64,000 nucleotides of DNA from an uncultured Acidimicrobiia bacterium (GCA_903921205.1 CAIXPF010000095.1:2042-66041); one strand, 5' to 3'; counted from the first letter of the stretch, positions 1 through 10,590 are shown. Notes: generated by a model from the sequence alone, not told the origin. Numbers and translations are program-made.

Positions 1-612
1 TTTGATGTGCACGTCGAGGGTCTTGGTGTCCCCGACGTAGTCGATGCCCCAGACCCGGTCGATGAGCGTCTCCCGGGTGAGGACCCGCCCCTGGTGCTCG
101 AGGAGCAGGGCCAGCAGCTCGAACTCCTTCAGCGGCAGGCTGACCAGCTCGCCCCGGATGTGGACCTCGTGACGTTCGAGGTCGATCGACACGTCGCCGA
201 CGGTGAGACCGCCGGTGCGTTCCGTCTCGGCCGGCGGGCCGTCGCCCTGGGCGCGACGCATCACGGCACGGATCCTGGCCACCAGCTCGCGCATCCGGTA
301 CGGCTTGGCGACGTAGTCGTCGGCACCGACCTCGAGGCCGACCACCGTGTCGATCTCCGACGCCTTGGCCGTCACCATGATGATCGGTATGGTCGAACGC
401 GCACGCAGCTCCCGGCACACGTCGATCCCGGAGCGGCGGGGCAGCATCACGTCGAGCAGCACCACATCGGGCTGCACCGCGTCGAAGCGGGCCACGGCCT
501 GCTCGCCGTCGGTGGCCACCTCGACATCGAAGCCCTCCCGGCTCAGCCCGATGCGCAGGGCATCGACGTAGGACTCCTCGTCCTCGACCACGAACACCAC
601 CGGGCGGCTCAC
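1..612 (-). CDS. regX3: OmpR/PhoB-family response regulator RegX3/PhoP (runs off window start; not in ORF track)
   Basis: Minus-strand translation starts MSRPVVFVVEDEESY and ends GRVLTRETLIDRVWGIDYVGDTKTLDVHIK, typical of RegX3. GTG start overlaps the phoU stop (GTGA). Confidence 0.9.
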   Translation of the reverse strand, partial: MSRPVVFVVEDEESYVDALRIGLSREGFDVEVATDGEQAVARFDAVQPDVVLLDVMLPRRSGIDVCRELRARSTIPIIMVTAKASEIDTVVGLEVGADDYVAKPYRMRELVARIRAVMRRAQGDGPPAETERTGGLTVGDVSIDLERHEVHIRGELVSLPLKEFELLALLLEHQGRVLTRETLIDRVWGIDYVGDTKTLDVHIK

Positions 613-1394
613 GGCCGCTCACCCGACGCGCCGGCCTCCGCCGCGCCGTGCGGCGCGGCCGGCCCGGCCGGATCGCTCACGCCGGTAGCCCCGCCCTGAG
701 CGGGTACCTCGTCCGACCCGGCGGCGGCCCGGCTGCGTTCGGGCTGCTGACCCGAGGCCATGAACCACACCCGCTCACCGATGTTGACCGCATGGTCACC
801 GATGCGCTCGAAATACCGGGAGATCAACGCCAGCTGCACCGCGGGCTGCAGAGCCAGCTTGTCGTCGGCGTACACCTCGAACATGGCCTCGACGAACTCG
901 ACCTGGAGCTGGTCGAGCCGGTTGTCGATGTCGTCCATCGCCGCACCGAGCGCGCCGTTGGTCTCGGAGTACGCGTCGACCGCCAGGCGCACCATCCGGA
1001 CCGCCTCCTCGCTCATCTGCCCGATGATCCCCCGTAGCCGCGGTGGGATGTCGTGGCCGTAGATGCGACGTGCCCCCTTGGCGATGTTGACCGCCAGGTC
1101 GGCCGAACGCTCGAGGTCGCTGTTGATCCGCATGGTCGCCGACAGGGCCCGCAGGTCCGCCGCCATGGGCTGCTGCAACGCCAGCAGGCGGAAGCAACGG
1201 TCCTCGATGGTGTTCGACAGCACGTCTGCGGCGTCGTCGGCATCGATGATGCTCTGGCAGGCCGCGATGTCGGAGGCGAGCAGCGCGTCGGTGGAACGGG
1301 TCACCGCCTCGGTGACCATGGTGCCGAGGACCGCGATGTCGTGGCGCACCTCCGACAGGTCGCGGTGGAAGCTCTTGCGGCTCTCTTCTGCCAT
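609..1394 (-). CDS. phoU: Phosphate signaling complex protein PhoU
   Basis: LALQQPMAADLR, DLERSADLAVNIAK and RYFERIGDHAVNI motifs; follows pstB. Confidence 0.95.
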   Translation of the reverse strand: MAEESRKSFHRDLSEVRHDIAVLGTMVTEAVTRSTDALLASDIAACQSIIDADDAADVLSNTIEDRCFRLLALQQPMAADLRALSATMRINSDLERSADLAVNIAKGARRIYGHDIPPRLRGIIGQMSEEAVRMVRLAVDAYSETNGALGAAMDDIDNRLDQLQVEFVEAMFEVYADDKLALQPAVQLALISRYFERIGDHAVNIGERVWFMASGQQPERSRAAAGSDEVPAQGGATGVSDPAGPAAPHGAAEAGASGERP

Positions 1395-1440
1395 GTCAGC
1401 AGCACTCCTGTTCGGCGGGACGGTTCGGCGCGCAGGCCAC

Positions 1441-2280
1441 TCAGCCGAAACGGCCGGTGACGTAGTTCTCGGTCCGGGAGTCGGACGGGTTGGAGAAGAT
1501 CTTCTCGGTGTCGTCGTACTCGACGAGCACCCCGGTGCGACGGTCCGAGTCGGGGTTGACCTCGACGGTGAAGAACGCCGTACGGTCCGACACCCGCGCC
1601 GCCTGCTGCATGTTGTGGGTGACGATCACGATGGTGTACTCGGCCTTGATCTCGTGCATCAGGTCCTCGATCTTGCCGGTGGCGATGGGATCGAGGGCCG
1701 AGCACGGCTCGTCCATCAGCAACACGTCGGGGTTCGAGGCGACGGCCCGGGCGATGCACAGCCGCTGCTGCTGCCCGCCGGAGAGGCCCAGCGCCGAGCT
1801 CTTGAGCCGGTCCTTGACCTCGTCCCACAGGGCGGCCTTGCGCAGGGACGACTCGACGATCCCGTCGAACTCCGACTTGGCGACGCCGGCGATGCGCGGC
1901 CCGAACACGATGTTGTCGTAGATGGACTTGGGGAACGGGTTCGGCTTCTGGAACACCATGCCGATGCGGCGGCGCACCTCGACGGCGTCGACCTGACGGT
2001 CGTAGAGGTCGACGCCGTGGTAGCGCACCTCGCCGGTGACCCGGCAGTCGTCGATCAGCTCGTTCATGCGGTTGAAGCAGCGCAGCACCGTGGACTTGCC
2101 GCACCCCGACGGGCCGATCATGGCCACGATCTCGTTGTGGGGCACGGCGAGGTGCACGTTGCGCACGGCCAGGAACTCGCCGTAGTAGACGTGCAGGTCC
2201 TTGGCGTCGAGGACCAGGCGCGGTGCATCCGGTGCTGCGGTGCCGTCCGTGGCGACGGCGGGGTCGGGTTCGACGGTCAC
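1441..2280 (-). CDS. pstB: Phosphate ABC transporter ATP-binding protein
   Basis: [47 protein letters not shown]-terminal YVTGRFG. Confidence 0.96.
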   Translation of the reverse strand: MTVEPDPAVATDGTAAPDAPRLVLDAKDLHVYYGEFLAVRNVHLAVPHNEIVAMIGPSGCGKSTVLRCFNRMNELIDDCRVTGEVRYHGVDLYDRQVDAVEVRRRIGMVFQKPNPFPKSIYDNIVFGPRIAGVAKSEFDGIVESSLRKAALWDEVKDRLKSSALGLSGGQQQRLCIARAVASNPDVLLMDEPCSALDPIATGKIEDLMHEIKAEYTIVIVTHNMQQAARVSDRTAFFTVEVNPDSDRRTGVLVEYDDTEKIFSNPSDSRTENYVTGRFG

Positions 2281-2285
2281 CGGGG

Positions 2286-3221
2286 TTACCTCTTCTTCTC
2301 GAAACGGTTGCGCAGCACGATGGCCGTGGCGTTGGCGAGCAGGACCACGACGAGCAGCACGACGATGGCGGCGGCGGTGATCTGGTCGAAGCCGGGCCGG
2401 GCGTTGGTCGACCAGGTGGCGATGACGATCGGCATGGCCGTGAACTGCTCGCGCAGCTGGCCGGGATCGAGCAGGCCACCGCTGTAGCCGACCGAGCCGG
2501 CCACTGCACCGACCAGGATGAGCGGGGCGGCTTCGCCCAGCGCCCGACCCAGCGACAGCAACGTACCGGTGAGTATGCCCGGTGCGGCGTAGGGCAGGAC
2601 ATGGCTGCGGATCACCTCCCAGCGGGTGGCGCCGACACCGAAGCCCGCTTCCCGCAGGCTGTCGGGAACGGCCCGGATCGCCTCCGACGAGGTGATGATG
2701 ACCACCGGGAGCACCAGCACCGCGACCGCCAACGCCCCCGACAGGGCCGTCTTGCCGCCCGTCACCGGCCGCAGGAGGGTCACGAAGATGGTGTAGGCGA
2801 GGATGCCGTACACCACCGAGGGCACCCCGGCGAGGTTGCGGATGTTCAGCTCGATGAAGCGGGTCATGCGGTTACGCGGCGCGTACTCCTCGAGGTACAC
2901 CGCAGCGGAGATCCCCAGCGGGAAGGCCACCAACGTGGTCACCACCCCGATCCACAAGGTGCCGCGCAGACCCTGGAAGACCCCGGCCTCCTTGGCCCGC
3001 GAGCGTGACTCGGCGGTGAGGAAGTCGCCGAGCCGGGTGGCGAGGGTCTCCCAGCCGAGGGTCAGGACCTGCACCAGCAGGGCGGCCAGGATCACCACGG
3101 TGAACAGCAGGGCCACCTGCAGCACCACCCGGAACAGCACGCCGCGCACGTCGCGGCCCCCGGCGAGCGACGCCTTGACCCGATCCGCCGTACCGGCATC
3201 GAGCACCCGTCCGATGGTCAT
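2286..3221 (-). CDS. pstA: Phosphate ABC transporter permease PstA
   Basis: [27 protein letters not shown] motifs. Confidence 0.94.
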   Translation of the reverse strand: MTIGRVLDAGTADRVKASLAGGRDVRGVLFRVVLQVALLFTVVILAALLVQVLTLGWETLATRLGDFLTAESRSRAKEAGVFQGLRGTLWIGVVTTLVAFPLGISAAVYLEEYAPRNRMTRFIELNIRNLAGVPSVVYGILAYTIFVTLLRPVTGGKTALSGALAVAVLVLPVVIITSSEAIRAVPDSLREAGFGVGATRWEVIRSHVLPYAAPGILTGTLLSLGRALGEAAPLILVGAVAGSVGYSGGLLDPGQLREQFTAMPIVIATWSTNARPGFDQITAAAIVVLLVVVLLANATAIVLRNRFEKKR

Positions 3222-3231
3222 GGTCGCCCCC

Positions 3232-4176
3232 TCAGTACTTCTGGCGCACGCGGCGCACGATCCGGTTGGCGACGATGTTCAAGCCGAGCGTGATCAGGAA
3301 CAGCAACAGGCCGACGAAGAACAGGCTCTGATAGGCGTTGCCCTGCCCGACCACCGCGTCGGAACCACCCGCCAGCGAGGCCATCGCTGCGGTCATGGTC
3401 AGCGACGGCTGGAACGGGCTGGCGGTGAACTGGGCCTGGTCGGCACCGCCGGCGATGAGCACCACCATGGTCTCGCCGATCGCCCGGGAGGTCGCCAGGA
3501 TGGCCGCCGCCACGAGCCCCGACACCGCTGCGGGGACCACGACCCGCAGGCTGGTGGTCATCCGGCGGGCCCCGAGCCCGGCCGAGGCCTCCCGCAGGGC
3601 CCGTGGCACCGAGGACATGGCGTCCTCGGAGACCGAGGCCACGAGCGGGATGGTGAGGATGGCCACACCGAGCCCGGCGGATGCCAGGTTGGACAGCGGG
3701 GCGGCCGGGCGGATCCCCTGCACGATGTGCGGCGAGATCCAGGTGAGGGCGAAGAAGCCGAGCACCACGCTGGGCACCCCGGCCAGGGTCTCGAGCACCG
3801 GCTTGAGGATCCGCCGGGTCCGGGCCCCGGCGTACTCCGAGAGATACACCGCCGTGGCGAACCCGATCGGCCCGGCCACCACCATGGCCACCGAGGTCAC
3901 GATGAGGGTGGCGACGAGCAGCGTCTTGATGTCGAAGAACCCCTCACGGGGGAACCAGCCCGTCGTCCACAGCGCCGACGGGTCGACGCCGACCAGGAAA
4001 CGGCCGGCCTCGACCGCCAGCGATCCGACGATCAGGGCCGAGATGACCAGCGAGGTGAGCGCCGCGGCCAGGAAGAACAGCCGGATCCGGCCCTCGCGTC
4101 GACGGCGACGACGGTTGCCGGCGAGGTCACCGATCTCCAACGCCGGGCGCACCTGGGCATGATCGGTCAGCGCCAT
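3232..4176 (-). CDS. pstC: Phosphate ABC transporter permease PstC
   Basis: [26 protein letters not shown] motifs. Confidence 0.94.
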   Translation of the reverse strand: MALTDHAQVRPALEIGDLAGNRRRRRREGRIRLFFLAAALTSLVISALIVGSLAVEAGRFLVGVDPSALWTTGWFPREGFFDIKTLLVATLIVTSVAMVVAGPIGFATAVYLSEYAGARTRRILKPVLETLAGVPSVVLGFFALTWISPHIVQGIRPAAPLSNLASAGLGVAILTIPLVASVSEDAMSSVPRALREASAGLGARRMTTSLRVVVPAAVSGLVAAAILATSRAIGETMVVLIAGGADQAQFTASPFQPSLTMTAAMASLAGGSDAVVGQGNAYQSLFFVGLLLFLITLGLNIVANRIVRRVRQKY

Positions 4177-4342
4177 GGCCGGCCCGCCTCGACGGTCGTC
4201 GCTGGTGGCCTACGGCCTCCGGCGAGGGGTGCGGCCCGTTCGATTCCCCGTCTGACTCGCACAGGCGCTCCCCGGTGGCGGCCCGCACGCCGGGCCGGCG
4301 ACGGCAACCTACGAAGGCCAGGTAACGAAATCCCCTGGTCGG

Positions 4343-4360
4343 GGTGAACGGGAGGTGAAC
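4343..4360 (-). promoter_or_regulatory. PHO box (PhoP/RegX3 site), GTTCACC-N4-GTTCACC
   Basis: Minus strand GTTCACCtcccGTTCACC, an 11-bp direct repeat matching the Streptomyces PHO box, ~170 nt upstream of pstC. Confidence 0.8.
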
Positions 4361-4540
4361 ACCGGGCCAAGGTTGCGTGCGCGTGGCGATCGGGTCGTCA
4401 GGGGGCGCGCGACCCCGCATCGGCCCCGTGGTTGTGCCATCCTCGCAGCACGCGTCGAGGGTCCACCCCGTGAGGAACGTCCGGCGGAGGACGGGTGGCC
4501 GGCGACGCACGAGGCGGACGAGGCGGACGAGGCGAACGGC

Positions 4541-6268
4541 ATGGCGAGCACCCCGAGCCCCAGCAGCGCGCGCGGACGGTTGTCCGCGTGCATCGCCGTG
4601 CTGACGGTGCTGGTGTCCATCTGCTGGGTCGGCCTGACCCCGGCGGTGGCCGCGGCGGCGACCGTGCCCGGCCCGCCGGCGATCACCGCGCTCAGCCCGG
4701 GCAAGGCCAGCGTCACCGTCACCTGGACCGCGCCGGCCAACACCGGCGGCTCGGCCGTCACCGGCTACGTCGTCGTCCCCTACCTGGGCACCACCGCGCA
4801 GCCGGCCCGCAGCTTCGCCTCCGCCGCCACCACCCAGACCATCACCGGGCTCACCGCCGGGGCGACCTACCGGTTCAAGGTCCGCGCCCGCAACGCCGTC
4901 GGGCTGGGCACCTGGTCGGCCCTGTCAGCCACCGTCACCCCGTTCGCGACGCCCGGGGCACCCACGATCGGGACGGTCGCGGCGGCGGTCGCCAGCGTGA
5001 TCGTCACCTGGAGCGCGCCGGCGGAAACCGGCGGTTCGCCCATCACCGGCTACCTCGTGACCCCGTACCTGGGTTCCGTCGCCCAGGCCACCCGCAGCTT
5101 CGCCTCGACCGCCACCACCCAGACCATCACCGGGCTCACCAACGGGGCGACCTACCGGTTCAAGGTCCGCGCCCGCAGCGCCGTCGGGGTGGGCGCCTTC
5201 TCCGCCGCCTCGGCGGCCTCGACCCCGGTGGCGGTCGTGGCAGCACCGACCATCACCGTGTTCGGCAGCCAACCGCTCGAGTTCGGCAAGGTCGGCCTCG
5301 CCCAGCCCGACGTCAACGTCATCGGCCGGGTCAGCCCCACCGGCAGCATCCGGTCGATGACCTACGAGCTGAACGGGGCGGACCCCGTGGCGATGGGCGT
5401 CGGCCCCGACACGCGGCGGCTGACCAACCCCGGCGACTTCAACGTGGCCATCCCGGCGTCGAGCCTGCAGGTGGGGCTCAACACCGTCCGGCTGCGGGCG
5501 GTCAACACCGTCGGGGTCGCAACGGTTCGTGACGTCACCGTGCGACTCACCGGCCCGGCCCCCTGGCCACTGCCCTACTCGGTGAGCTGGGCGCCGGCGA
5601 CGAACCTGCACGCGGTGGTCCAACCGGTCGACGGCGAGTGGGCGATCTCCGGCGGGGCGGTGCGCACCCTGGAGGTCGGCTACGACCGGTTGCTCGCCGT
5701 CGGTGACGGCACGTGGACCGACTTCGAGGCGACGGTGCCGATCACGGTGCATGCGGTCGACCCGAACGGGTACACCCCGACCAGCGGTTCGCCCGGCATC
5801 GGGTTCATCACCCACTGGATCGGCCACGACACCGTCGACGCCCTCCAGCCGCACTGGGGGTTCGCCGACCGTTTCGGCGGGATCGCCTGGTACCGCTACC
5901 CGACGTCCGGCAACCGTCTCGAGCTGCGCGACGGCAAGGCCGCGCTGCTGGCCAAGGACACCACCGGCAAGACGATCACCACCGGGGTGAGCTACCTCTA
6001 CAAGGTCCGCGCCGAGAGCGGCGGAGCCGGCCAGGGACCCAAGTACCAGCTGAAGGTGTGGCCGGCGGGCACCGCCGAGCCGGCGGCGTGGGATCTCTCG
6101 GCCCGGCTGCCCGTCGGCGCGGTGGCGGCCGGATCGCTGCTGCTCGTCGCCCACCACGTGGACGCCTCGTTCGGCACCCTCCAGGTGCGGGCGCTCGGCG
6201 CCGCCGAGCTCGCCGTGAGCCGCGCCGCCGCGGACGAGGTGGTGGCCACCCCGATCCCGGAGGACTGA
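4541..6268 (+). CDS. Secreted protein with two fibronectin type III domains, an Ig-like domain and a C-terminal beta-sandwich
   Basis: Signal peptide; duplicated VTW.AP..TGGS..TGY...TITGLT.GATYRFKVRAR FN3 repeats. Start chosen at ATG 4541. Confidence 0.8.
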   Translation: MASTPSPSSARGRLSACIAVLTVLVSICWVGLTPAVAAAATVPGPPAITALSPGKASVTVTWTAPANTGGSAVTGYVVVPYLGTTAQPARSFASAATTQTITGLTAGATYRFKVRARNAVGLGTWSALSATVTPFATPGAPTIGTVAAAVASVIVTWSAPAETGGSPITGYLVTPYLGSVAQATRSFASTATTQTITGLTNGATYRFKVRARSAVGVGAFSAASAASTPVAVVAAPTITVFGSQPLEFGKVGLAQPDVNVIGRVSPTGSIRSMTYELNGADPVAMGVGPDTRRLTNPGDFNVAIPASSLQVGLNTVRLRAVNTVGVATVRDVTVRLTGPAPWPLPYSVSWAPATNLHAVVQPVDGEWAISGGAVRTLEVGYDRLLAVGDGTWTDFEATVPITVHAVDPNGYTPTSGSPGIGFITHWIGHDTVDALQPHWGFADRFGGIAWYRYPTSGNRLELRDGKAALLAKDTTGKTITTGVSYLYKVRAESGGAGQGPKYQLKVWPAGTAEPAAWDLSARLPVGAVAAGSLLLVAHHVDASFGTLQVRALGAAELAVSRAAADEVVATPIPED

Positions 6269-6311
6269 CGTCCCGGCGACCGGCACGGCGACGGTGCTCT
6301 AGAGTGCCGCG

Positions 6312-6611
6312 ATGATCGTCATCTCCGGCACCTTCACCGTCGACCCCGCTGACCGCGAGGCCTTCCTCACCGCCGCCAAGGCCGTCATGGCCGACACCCT
6401 CCTCGAGGCAGGCTGCCACGCCTACTGCTTCTCGCCGAGCGTGACCGACCCGGCCGTGGTGCACCTGTTCGAGAAGTGGGACTCCGAGGACGCCCTCGGC
6501 CCCCACATGAAGACCGACCACATCCGGGCCTTCGGCCGGGCGCTGAAGGACCTCAAGGTCCTCGGCCGCGAGATCAGCATGTACGAGGTGGCGTCCGAGA
6601 AGAAGATGTGA
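6312..6611 (+). CDS. Antibiotic biosynthesis monooxygenase (ABM) / putative quinol monooxygenase
   Basis: 99 aa with the EAGC..Y...FEKW....L..H..T.H ABM pattern. Confidence 0.85.
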   Translation: MIVISGTFTVDPADREAFLTAAKAVMADTLLEAGCHAYCFSPSVTDPAVVHLFEKWDSEDALGPHMKTDHIRAFGRALKDLKVLGREISMYEVASEKKM

Positions 6612-6709
6612 CCGTCGCGGATCCGCTGCGCTCGACGCGCACCGGACCCGCCCGATCCGCGTCCGGCCGGTACCGTGGTCGGACCTCCCGCAGAGAAAGC
6701 GAGCGTGAC

Positions 6710-7327
6710 ATGGACATCGAGTTCTGGGTCGACCCCATTTGACCGTGGTGCTGGGTGACGGCCCGTTGGGTCGTCGAAGAAGTGGCACCCGCCCGTGATC
6801 TCACGGTGCGCTGGAGGCCGATCAGCCTCCTGTTCAAGAACAACCCCGATCCGCAGAGCCCGTACTACGGGCGGGTGGTGAGCACCCACAAGATGCTCCG
6901 GGTCATGGAATCGGTGCGCGCCGCCGAGGGCGAGGGTCCCATCCAGGCCCTGTACTGGGAGATGGCGACGCGGGTCCACCACGACAAGAACGTGGATGTC
7001 CCCATGGCCGAGGTCCTCACCGCGGTCGGGCTCGACCCGGCCCACGCCGCGGCCTTCGACGACGAGAGCTGGGACGACGTCATCCGTCCGGCCCACGACG
7101 ACGGGCTGTCGCTCGTCGGCAACGACGTCGGCACGCCGATCATCGCCATCCCCGACGGCAACGGCGGCCGTATCGGCATCTTCGGCCCGGTCATCACCCG
7201 GGTTCCCACCGGCGAGCAGGCCCTGCAGCTGTGGGACGGCATGATCGCCTGTATGACCGTGCCCGGCTTCTGGGAGCTGAAGCGCACGCGGACCGAGTCA
7301 CCCGAGGTCGGGCCCCGGCCGGTCTGA
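6710..7327 (+). CDS. Probable selenoprotein: DsbA-fold Rv2466c/mycoredoxin-2-like oxidoreductase, Sec at UGA 6740-6742 (UPWC)
   Basis: MDIEFWVDPI-TGA-PWCWVTARW matches the family DPxCPWCW motif. The rest (VGNDVGTPII, FGPVITRVP, LWDG, FWELKRTR) is Rv2466c-like. SECIS-like hairpin downstream of the UGA. Confidence 0.85.
6756..6776 (+). promoter_or_regulatory. Putative bacterial SECIS hairpin
   Basis: GACGGCCC-GTT-GGGTCGTC: 8-bp stem with one G-U pair. The loop starts with G and lies 22 nt after the UGA. Confidence 0.65.
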
Positions 7328-7358
7328 CCCGCACGGGACCGGCCACCTCGGTGGTCGT

Positions 7359-7401
7359 CCGGTACCGGGTGCTGCGGCCGAGCCGCACCACCCGGTACCG
7401 G
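7359..7401. terminator. Hairpin between convergent genes (probable bidirectional terminator)
   Basis: CCGGTACCGGGTG...CACCCGGTACCGG inverted repeat with an inner TGCGGC/GCCGCA stem. Confidence 0.6.
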
Positions 7402-7409
7402 CGGCCGCG

Positions 7410-8954
7410 TCACGCCGCGGCGGCCGGTTCGTCGGGGTGGCGCCGGCGAGTGGCCCAGAACACACCGGCAGCGGCCAGCGTGACCACGCCCCCGCCGATC
7501 CCCTGGGCCCGGAACCCGGCCAGCAACGCATCCTGCTCGGCTGCGGACAGGGCGACGACCTCGTCCTCGGGCAGACCGTACTGCCCGGCGGCCTGCGCCT
7601 CGGTAGCCCCCTCACGCAGGGCCCGGCTCACCTCACCGACCTCATCACGGTCGAGATCACCGGCACCGGCCCGGTCGTAGACCGACAACATGGCGGCCGA
7701 CACCAGCAGGGCCATGGAGATCACCCCGAGCGAGGTCCCCAGACTCGTCGACGCCACCCGCAGCGCCGAGACCGAACCCTCCTCGCCCGGCGCGGCCCGG
7801 CTCATGACCGCGGTCTGCAACGGCACCAGTGCCGCGCTGAGCAACCCCGAGTAGAGGCTGACCACGACGACGGGAACAACGATGGGGAGGGTCCGGCTCA
7901 GGGTGGCGCTGAGGAACAGCACGGCGGCCACGCCCACCAGGAAGCCCGTGCCGGTGGCCGTGGCGCCCTTGACCTTCACCAGGCGGCCGGACACACGGCT
8001 TCCCAGCGAGGCCGCGAGCTGCGCCGGCACGAGCAGGACGGCTGCGGCCAGGACCGACCGGCCGTAGAAGTACTGCAGCCCGACGGTCGTGTAGTACAGC
8101 AGGTTCGAGAACGGGACGAGGACCACCACCAGCAGCAGCCACCCCAGCCCGCCCCGGCGCAACGGCTCCACCGACATCGCCGGCGACGGCGACAGACGGA
8201 CTGCGACGACCAATGCCACCGACGCCACGACGACCCCGACCGCCCATCCCACGACCACGGTGGACAGCGTCTGGTCGCGACCGTACGTCTGGGCCACCTG
8301 CACCACGCAGACCAGCAGCACCCCGGCCAGGATCGGGCTGACGAGCTCACCCCGGTGCAACGCCCGCTCGTCCTGCGGCAGCAGGAACCGGACGACCAGC
8401 ACGACCGCGAACCCACTGACGGACCACAGGCCGGCGACCCACCGCCACGACGACGATGCGACGAGCAGCCCGGCGAGCACCGGTACCACCAGCAGCACCA
8501 TCGCCGTCAGCGAGTAGAGGATGCCGAAGGCGACGGGGCGTACCCCGGTGCGGGTGGTCGACGCCACCAACGCCGCCACCGCCGACACCAGCACGGCATA
8601 GCGACCGAGGCTGCACAGGACCATGCCGGCCATCACCACCTGTACCGCCGGCCCCACCGCGATCACCACACCGCCGAGGGCGTAGCCGCACCCGCCGGCG
8701 AAAAGCACCCGGCGCTGGCCGACCCGGGCCCCGAGCACACCCGCCGGGAAGATCACCAGCAGGCCGGCCATGTTCGGCAGCGCCCGGAGCAGCGAGGTCT
8801 GCGCCGCCGTCGCGTCCAGATCCGACAGCATCGGGACCAGCATGTAGTTGAACGAGCCGGGGACGACCCAGCACAGCGCGTACATGAGGGCGGCCGCCCG
8901 TACCACCCGGTTCTCGGCGTCGGTGAACCCCGAGGAGGTCAGCAGGCGAGGCAT
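7410..8954 (-). CDS. MFS transporter (14-TM DHA2-like), paralog 1
   Basis: Many hydrophobic helices; motif A-like GVLGARVGQRRV. Confidence 0.88.
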   Translation of the reverse strand: MPRLLTSSGFTDAENRVVRAAALMYALCWVVPGSFNYMLVPMLSDLDATAAQTSLLRALPNMAGLLVIFPAGVLGARVGQRRVLFAGGCGYALGGVVIAVGPAVQVVMAGMVLCSLGRYAVLVSAVAALVASTTRTGVRPVAFGILYSLTAMVLLVVPVLAGLLVASSSWRWVAGLWSVSGFAVVLVVRFLLPQDERALHRGELVSPILAGVLLVCVVQVAQTYGRDQTLSTVVVGWAVGVVVASVALVVAVRLSPSPAMSVEPLRRGGLGWLLLVVVLVPFSNLLYYTTVGLQYFYGRSVLAAAVLLVPAQLAASLGSRVSGRLVKVKGATATGTGFLVGVAAVLFLSATLSRTLPIVVPVVVVSLYSGLLSAALVPLQTAVMSRAAPGEEGSVSALRVASTSLGTSLGVISMALLVSAAMLSVYDRAGAGDLDRDEVGEVSRALREGATEAQAAGQYGLPEDEVVALSAAEQDALLAGFRAQGIGGGVVTLAAAGVFWATRRRHPDEPAAAA

Positions 8955-9002
8955 GCCGAACGGTACCGCAGGCGGGCCTGACCGCTCGCGGCGCCGGGAC
9001 CG

Positions 9003-10532
9003 TCAGTCCTCGCCGTGGCGGCGGCGGCTGACGTAGAACACCACCGCCGAGCCCAGGGTGACGACCCCGCCGCCGAGGCCCTGGGCCCGGTAGCCGCCGA
9101 CCATCGCCTTGCGGTCGATGCCCTCGAGTACCACGACCTCGCCGGTCGGGTAGTCGTACTGCGCGGCGATGTCCTCGGTCGAGTCGCCGTCGAGGATGCC
9201 GGCCATCACGTTCTGCAGCCCGGTCCGATCGGCCCCGGCGCCGCTGTGCCCGTCGTAGACCCGGTCGACACCGACGAACGCCACGGTCGACATGAACAGC
9301 ACCCCCAGCACTCCCCCGACGGCGGCTGCTGCGCCCCGGAACGCCGCTGTCGACCCTTCGCTCCCGGCGGATGCCCGGTTCATGATCGCGGTGGAGAGCA
9401 CCACCCCGACCGCGGCCGTCGACGCCCCGTAGACGCACAGCACCGCCAAGGGCGGCAGCAGCGACACGGTCGTGGTCTGCAACAGGGTGAGGAACAACGA
9501 AGCCGACGTGATCAGCAGCAGCGTCGTGCCGGCCACGGTGATCCCCTTGGCCTTGATGAACCGCTTCACGGTGCTCGCGCCGGCCACCGCCGCCGCTTGG
9601 GGCGGGACGAGCCACAACGCCGCCCCCAGCGACGACTTGCCGTAGAGGTACTGCAGGCCGACCGTCGTGTAGTACCAGAGGTTCGAGAACGGGACCAGCA
9701 CCACCACCAGCAACAACAGCGTCAGGCCACCACCCCGCAGGGCGTCGAGCGACAACGACGGCGACGGCAACCGACGCAGCAGCACCACCAGCGCCGACGA
9801 CGAGACCACCAGCAGCACGGCCCACACCAGCGCCAGGACCGACGCAGCATCGCCCCGGCCGACGACCGACACGAACTGCACCAGTGCGGTCAACGCCAAA
9901 CCGGCCAGCACCGGCGTCCACAGCTCCCCCTCCACCAGGCGCCGGTCGCCGTCGGGCGGCAGCAACCGGCGGGCCAGCACCACCCCGATGCCGGCCAGCA
10001 CCCATGCACCGGCCATCACTCGCCAGGACACCACGGTCAGCGCCACGCCGGCCAGCACCGGCACCGCCAGGTAGCTCGCCGGTGACATCGTGCCGAAAGC
10101 GGAGAAGGCCACCGGCCGGGCGCCCTCCCGCCCCGTGGCCTCGGCGAGCAGGGCCACGACGACGATGAACATCGCCGAGCGCCCCACGCTCACCAACAAC
10201 TGCCCGACGATGGCCACCGCCATCGCCGGCGCGACGAGCACCAGCGCCGAGCCGGTCGCCATGAGCACCCCGGTACCGAGCAGGAACCGCCTCGGCCCCA
10301 CCATACGGCCGAGTACGCCGGCGGGGAAGATGGCCAGCAGGCTGCCGATGTAGGGGACCGCCCGGACCAGCGACCGGCCGGTTCCGGTCGCGCCCAGATC
10401 GGCCAGCATCGGCAGCAGCATGAGCGTGGTGGACGCCGACGAGAACAGCGCCATGAGGGCCATCAGACAGGCCGCTCGCAACACCCGGTTCTCGTCGTCG
10501 GTGAGTTCGCCCCGCGTGATCAGCCTCGGCAC
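9003..10532 (-). CDS. MFS transporter, paralog 2
   Basis: GVLGRMVGPRR; colinear with the neighbouring paralogs. Confidence 0.88.
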   Translation of the reverse strand: MPRLITRGELTDDENRVLRAACLMALMALFSSASTTLMLLPMLADLGATGTGRSLVRAVPYIGSLLAIFPAGVLGRMVGPRRFLLGTGVLMATGSALVLVAPAMAVAIVGQLLVSVGRSAMFIVVVALLAEATGREGARPVAFSAFGTMSPASYLAVPVLAGVALTVVSWRVMAGAWVLAGIGVVLARRLLPPDGDRRLVEGELWTPVLAGLALTALVQFVSVVGRGDAASVLALVWAVLLVVSSSALVVLLRRLPSPSLSLDALRGGGLTLLLLVVVLVPFSNLWYYTTVGLQYLYGKSSLGAALWLVPPQAAAVAGASTVKRFIKAKGITVAGTTLLLITSASLFLTLLQTTTVSLLPPLAVLCVYGASTAAVGVVLSTAIMNRASAGSEGSTAAFRGAAAAVGGVLGVLFMSTVAFVGVDRVYDGHSGAGADRTGLQNVMAGILDGDSTEDIAAQYDYPTGEVVVLEGIDRKAMVGGYRAQGLGGGVVTLGSAVVFYVSRRRHGED

Positions 10533-10590
10533 GGGCGGTGACCCTAACCCACCGACCGGCCGGCCCTGCGCCCGGGCCGGCCGGGCGTCG

